DNA of 44,662 bases from IMG/VR virus record IMGVR_UViG_3300046698_000093, positions 1 through 44,662 of that record. One strand, given 5' to 3'. A program made the position numbers and the translations under genes. The stretch is from a virus. Its lineage: Duplodnaviria; Caudoviricetes. Within the stretch, counting starts at the first letter, position 1. The number at the start of each line of letters is the position of its first letter. The notes beneath the pieces are model-generated. The model saw only the letters and a list, made by a program, of their open reading frames with translations, did no database searches and had not been told where the DNA came from. Shown piece by piece: positions 41,037 to 44,662 of the stretch.

Positions 41037-41663
41037 ATGAGTATCCCCGTCAGCACCGTGCGGAGCAGCACGGGGGTGGTCGTCGGCGCGGGAACGGTTC
41101 CCGTGGTTGCCGCATTGGAAACTAACTTCTATGGTCTCCAGGTCGCCCAGGGCCAGACATTCGCTGGCAAGGTGACTCTCACGGTGCCCCCGGACTACGA
41201 CAGCAGCATAGACGAATTGCGTATCCGTATCGCGGCTAATCGTGGGGACGATACCGCAGGCGATGCGACGAAGACCCTCAAGGCAACCATCTACCGCAAG
41301 CGGCCAGTGCCTAGCATCATCCCGGATGATGCCCAAGGCATTCTGCCTGCGGGGTTGGCTTTGTCCGCTGATCTCGGTGTGGTCAGCACATCGGCGGTTA
41401 TTCCGGGCTTGGGGTCCAATCTGGCTACGACTTGGCTGGAGATCAACGCAGATGCCTTCACAGGCACCGTCGCGCCGGAACTTGGTCAGGGCACGTCCAA
41501 CCGATCCCTGTCGGCTACGGCCGACGCTTCGATTCATCCGGGCGATTGTCTGGATATCAACTTGGCCCTGAATTCGGCTACGGGCACTGACGCCGTGAAC
41601 ATCTACGGCATCGAAATTTGGTATCGGTCGAATCTCGCATTTAGTGATATAAATTCCCGCTAG
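41037..41663 (+). CDS. Hypothetical virion protein (N-terminus may extend to about 40971)
   Basis: Beta-rich with VPPDYDSSIDELRIRI; lies between the adaptor and the nozzle. Confidence 0.6.
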   Translation: MSIPVSTVRSSTGVVVGAGTVPVVAALETNFYGLQVAQGQTFAGKVTLTVPPDYDSSIDELRIRIAANRGDDTAGDATKTLKATIYRKRPVPSIIPDDAQGILPAGLALSADLGVVSTSAVIPGLGSNLATTWLEINADAFTGTVAPELGQGTSNRSLSATADASIHPGDCLDINLALNSATGTDAVNIYGIEIWYRSNLAFSDINSR

Positions 41664-41689
41664 CGTTCGCTGTTCGGAAACAGTAATAC

Positions 41690-41727
41690 ATAGGCCCGCT
41701 CATTTTCTCGGGCGGGCCTATTTTCTT
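41690..41727 (+). terminator. Rho-independent terminator
   Basis: ATAGGCCCGCT/GGCGGGCCTAT stem followed by TTTCTT. Confidence 0.75.
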
Positions 41728-41737
41728 GGATAAGAAA

Positions 41738-44242
41738 ATGCCCCTACCAACAGATAGACGACCGGAAGAAGCCAAGCAAAAGGCTCCGATGGATAAAGAC
41801 TTCCCCGTGAAGGGGCTGGATGAAAATTGGGCATACAAGGCCCAGCCCGAAGGGACGACTCCGGCCTGTCTCAACGTGCGTCCCTACGACGCGACCGGCC
41901 AACGGCTCCGAGGCGGGCAGCGGGCGGGACTATCCAAGTGGATCGCCACCCAGCCCAACGGCGCGAACCCTATTCAGCGCATGGGTTACTTGCCGCCACA
42001 GTCGGTGGGCGTGGGTAGTCAAACTGTGCCCGTGCCTGTGACTCATGGAAGCGGCCTGACGGGAACGCCGGGGAGCGTTCTTAACGCACAACCCGATTTC
42101 AACAATGTAATTCTGGTATCTTCCCCCTCTTACCTGATGCAGTCGAGTACGACGCAGCCTCTAACAGGGGCGACAGGCATGTACCCTACAGGTACGACTA
42201 GTAGTGGGGTGATTCTAAACCACAATTTGACGGGGGCGAGTTTTTCCTTGTCGGCGAATACAGCCATGACTCAACCCCCGAATGGTGGTGTGGGGATGGC
42301 TATGGCTACTTCCACCATTGAGACTTCCATATTTGCTTCCTTGATAAACGATACGTTGCCTGTTCCGTATACCGGACCAACGTTTAGTGTATCGCTTGTC
42401 ACCCGTAATTTGTCATCCGGGTGGTCGGGACTTTTTCCGCCGATAACGCCGGGGTCGTCATACTACATGATTCAAGCCCAAGTACCGGGAGGTTCGCCTA
42501 TCGGGGCCACTATCGAAATTCCTTTTGGAAACACGTTGTCTACATCCATGAAATTTGTGTACAACCAACCTACGGGAAGTGTGAAAGTGTACGTCGGGGG
42601 CGCTCTTATAGGAACCACTTCAACGACCACATACGAATATGCGATACACCCAGGAGTTGCCCTCATCACGTCACCTTCTACCGACCCTGGTACTGGTGCA
42701 ACAGTTGCAGCCAGTAATTTGCAAATCACAGATGAAGGGGCCGTTCCTGGTGGGGGAAGCTCTAGTGGCTACCCAGGCTACCACGATGACGGATCGGGGA
42801 ACTTGGTCTACACCCCTTATTCGACTAACGGCCTTCTTCTCGCCGTTTCGGGGGGTAGCGTCTATTCGGGGTACGCGGGTAGTCCCTGGTCGGCGATTAG
42901 CGGCGGGTCGGGCGTCTTATCTACAAAGTTGAACGTGGTTCGAATGGCTTCCAATTTTGGCAAGATGTATTTCGTGGACGGCACTAATGCGGGATACCAT
43001 ATCTATGATCCCGTGACCAACACGGTGTCATCCTGGACCGCGGCGGTAGCGGCGAGCGGTGCCGGAACTTTGCCGACAAACAATCCAGCCGGACCCCTGG
43101 CACCCGTCAATACCTTGGGGGCCACGATCATCGTGCGATGGCGGGGGCGCATTGTCCTATCAGGATTGGCCAGCGACCCGCAGGATTGGTTCATGTCCGC
43201 GGCGGCTGACGAGCAGATCAATCCTCTACCCGCTGCGGCATTTCCCGCGTCGTTGAATTGGAACTACGGCGAGGTTCCCTTCAGCGCTACGTCCCCCGTG
43301 GCAGGTAACAATTCGGACGCCGGGCTTGTGGGCGATGTCGTTACTTGTCTTGCGCCGTACAATGACGACATCATGCTCATGGGCGGCATCCAGTCGATAT
43401 GGCTCATGCGGGGCGATCCCGCGAACAATGGCCAGATCGACAACGTGACACATGAGGTTGGGATCATCGGGCCGGACGCCTGGTGCCTGGACCAACAGGG
43501 CACGATGTATTTCTTCGGGGGCGGGACATTCTTCCGCATGGCCCCGTTTGGTATGAGCAGCATGTACCAGAAGACTCTCGGTGGTATGCCCGAAGCACTG
43601 AGTCAGGGACGATTGGATAAGGTCTTCGGACAGGTGGACGCCACAACCCACGAAGTCTTACTCCTCTGGGATGAACTCCTTAAAGGGGTGCATATTTACA
43701 TAACTCCCTTGGACAATAGTCCTACGATCCATTATTGGTGGGACCAGCGCACCGACGGTTTTTGGCCGGAACAGTACCCCACAAATTGTGACCCGACTTC
43801 GGTGCTGAATTTCAAGGCGACAGATTCAACTGCTCGTGCCGATCTTCTCGGTGGATTTGACGGCTATGTGCGCCAAGTGGACGGCGCGTCTAAATCGGAT
43901 GATGGGACAGCGATTCCCAGTATGGTTCGCCTTGCGCCCATGACAGCAGGTAGCACCCACCAGAATAGCCGTATTAACCGGATCACGACGGTTCTAGATT
44001 CTGCCAGCGATCCGGTGACGGTGAATGTTTACGCGGCACAATCGCCAGAGGAAGTGGTCAACGCGACGACACCCGCTTGGTCCTACACGGCGTCACCCGT
44101 GAACCGCTATGGTGTTCCCCGTATCCAGGGCAATTCTATCCTGCTGGAAATCACACAGAATGCCAACAATACTTCCTGGGGCTTGGAAAGCCTTAACGTC
44201 GTTTCGGCGATCACGGGTCGTACCCGGCACGGGAGAATCTAG
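41738..44242 (+). CDS. Tail nozzle / tubular protein B-like (beta-propeller) with an inserted domain
   Basis: FPVKGL...CLNVRPYD...LRGGQRAG N-terminus; MYFVDG, RGRIVLSG, WFMS, VGIIGPDAW propeller-like segments. Confidence 0.7.
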   Translation: MPLPTDRRPEEAKQKAPMDKDFPVKGLDENWAYKAQPEGTTPACLNVRPYDATGQRLRGGQRAGLSKWIATQPNGANPIQRMGYLPPQSVGVGSQTVPVPVTHGSGLTGTPGSVLNAQPDFNNVILVSSPSYLMQSSTTQPLTGATGMYPTGTTSSGVILNHNLTGASFSLSANTAMTQPPNGGVGMAMATSTIETSIFASLINDTLPVPYTGPTFSVSLVTRNLSSGWSGLFPPITPGSSYYMIQAQVPGGSPIGATIEIPFGNTLSTSMKFVYNQPTGSVKVYVGGALIGTTSTTTYEYAIHPGVALITSPSTDPGTGATVAASNLQITDEGAVPGGGSSSGYPGYHDDGSGNLVYTPYSTNGLLLAVSGGSVYSGYAGSPWSAISGGSGVLSTKLNVVRMASNFGKMYFVDGTNAGYHIYDPVTNTVSSWTAAVAASGAGTLPTNNPAGPLAPVNTLGATIIVRWRGRIVLSGLASDPQDWFMSAAADEQINPLPAAAFPASLNWNYGEVPFSATSPVAGNNSDAGLVGDVVTCLAPYNDDIMLMGGIQSIWLMRGDPANNGQIDNVTHEVGIIGPDAWCLDQQGTMYFFGGGTFFRMAPFGMSSMYQKTLGGMPEALSQGRLDKVFGQVDATTHEVLLLWDELLKGVHIYITPLDNSPTIHYWWDQRTDGFWPEQYPTNCDPTSVLNFKATDSTARADLLGGFDGYVRQVDGASKSDDGTAIPSMVRLAPMTAGSTHQNSRINRITTVLDSASDPVTVNVYAAQSPEEVVNATTPAWSYTASPVNRYGVPRIQGNSILLEITQNANNTSWGLESLNVVSAITGRTRHGRI

Positions 44243-44662
44243 TGAGCAACACACTGACAACCCTGGATCGCTTTCCGCAGTCCGATGTCCGTCTACGCCG
44301 GGCGTTACAAAATCTTGAAGTCAAAATTGGCGCTCTTGGTGGTTTGGGGATAACAGCGGGGGGAATTTCCGTCGTAGCCCAATCGCCCCTCTTTGTAAAC
44401 GGAAGCGGGGTAGGACTGCACTACGGCGCGGGCTTGTCAGTGGTTGCCGGGGCATTAACAGCGACAGCGGGAACCACCCTTGCCGGATTGACCGATGTCC
44501 TGATATCCAGTCCTACGAATGGCCAAGTGTTGACGTACAACACCGTGGCGATGAAATGGGAAAATGCCACCCCTACGAGCGGATCGACTACGCTTGCTTC
44601 CCTTACAGATGTTCTCCTATCGTCACCCACAAACGGGCAGGTGCTTACATACAATACCGGGG
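44242..44662 (+). CDS. Tail fibre, 5' part (continues at the window start)
   Basis: GTG at 44242 (TAGTG overlap); VSNTLTTLDRFPQSDVRLRRALQNL...LTDVLISSPTNGQVLTYN; no stop before the window end. Confidence 0.8.
   Translation, partial: MSNTLTTLDRFPQSDVRLRRALQNLEVKIGALGGLGITAGGISVVAQSPLFVNGSGVGLHYGAGLSVVAGALTATAGTTLAGLTDVLISSPTNGQVLTYNTVAMKWENATPTSGSTTLASLTDVLLSSPTNGQVLTYNTG
44536..44662 (+). repeat. 127-nt terminal overlap identical to 95-221 (circular contig junction)
   Basis: Direct sequence identity. Confidence 0.9.

Noticed and set aside
1-44662. Stop-codon reassignment
   Set aside because: TAA, TAG and TGA all end well-formed genes, and the conserved proteins are uninterrupted in the standard code.

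Overview
The window looks like one complete, circularly closed dsDNA tailed-phage genome of about 44.5 kb with podovirus-like organisation. The last 127 nt (44536-44662) repeat positions 95-221, and a tail-fibre ORF runs in frame across that junction. There are two divergent arms. The plus-strand morphogenesis arm (about 27140 to the end, then 1-7109) encodes a TerS candidate, TerL flanked by two endonuclease VII-type genes, portal, scaffold, major capsid, a decoration-like protein, adaptor, nozzle, tail fibre, three probable ejection proteins and a holin-like protein. The minus-strand early/replication arm (26790 down to 7045) encodes many small proteins, an HNH gene, a family A DNA polymerase, VRR-NUC, a Cas4/RecB-like exonuclease, a Sak4-like ATPase, GroES, an SSB-like protein, a TOPRIM primase-SF3 helicase, a dNTP-diphosphohydrolase/NDT fusion, a metallophosphoesterase and a membrane lipoprotein. 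Several sigma70-type promoters and a GGGTAA-iteron origin candidate are visible. I recognised no integrase, repressor, RNA polymerase, endolysin or PurZ. The most unusual signals are (i) a tRNA-like cloverleaf with an 8-bp acceptor stem and a 5-nt anticodon loop, plus two further T-loop junction elements just upstream of early-gene ribosome-binding sites, (ii) a highly paired 160-nt RNA element after the capsid genes, (iii) a nucleotide-degrading enzyme module, (iv) a u-spanin-like lipoprotein, and (v) several genes with out-of-frame or non-canonical ends. All calls come from manual motif reading; no database search or folding program was run.
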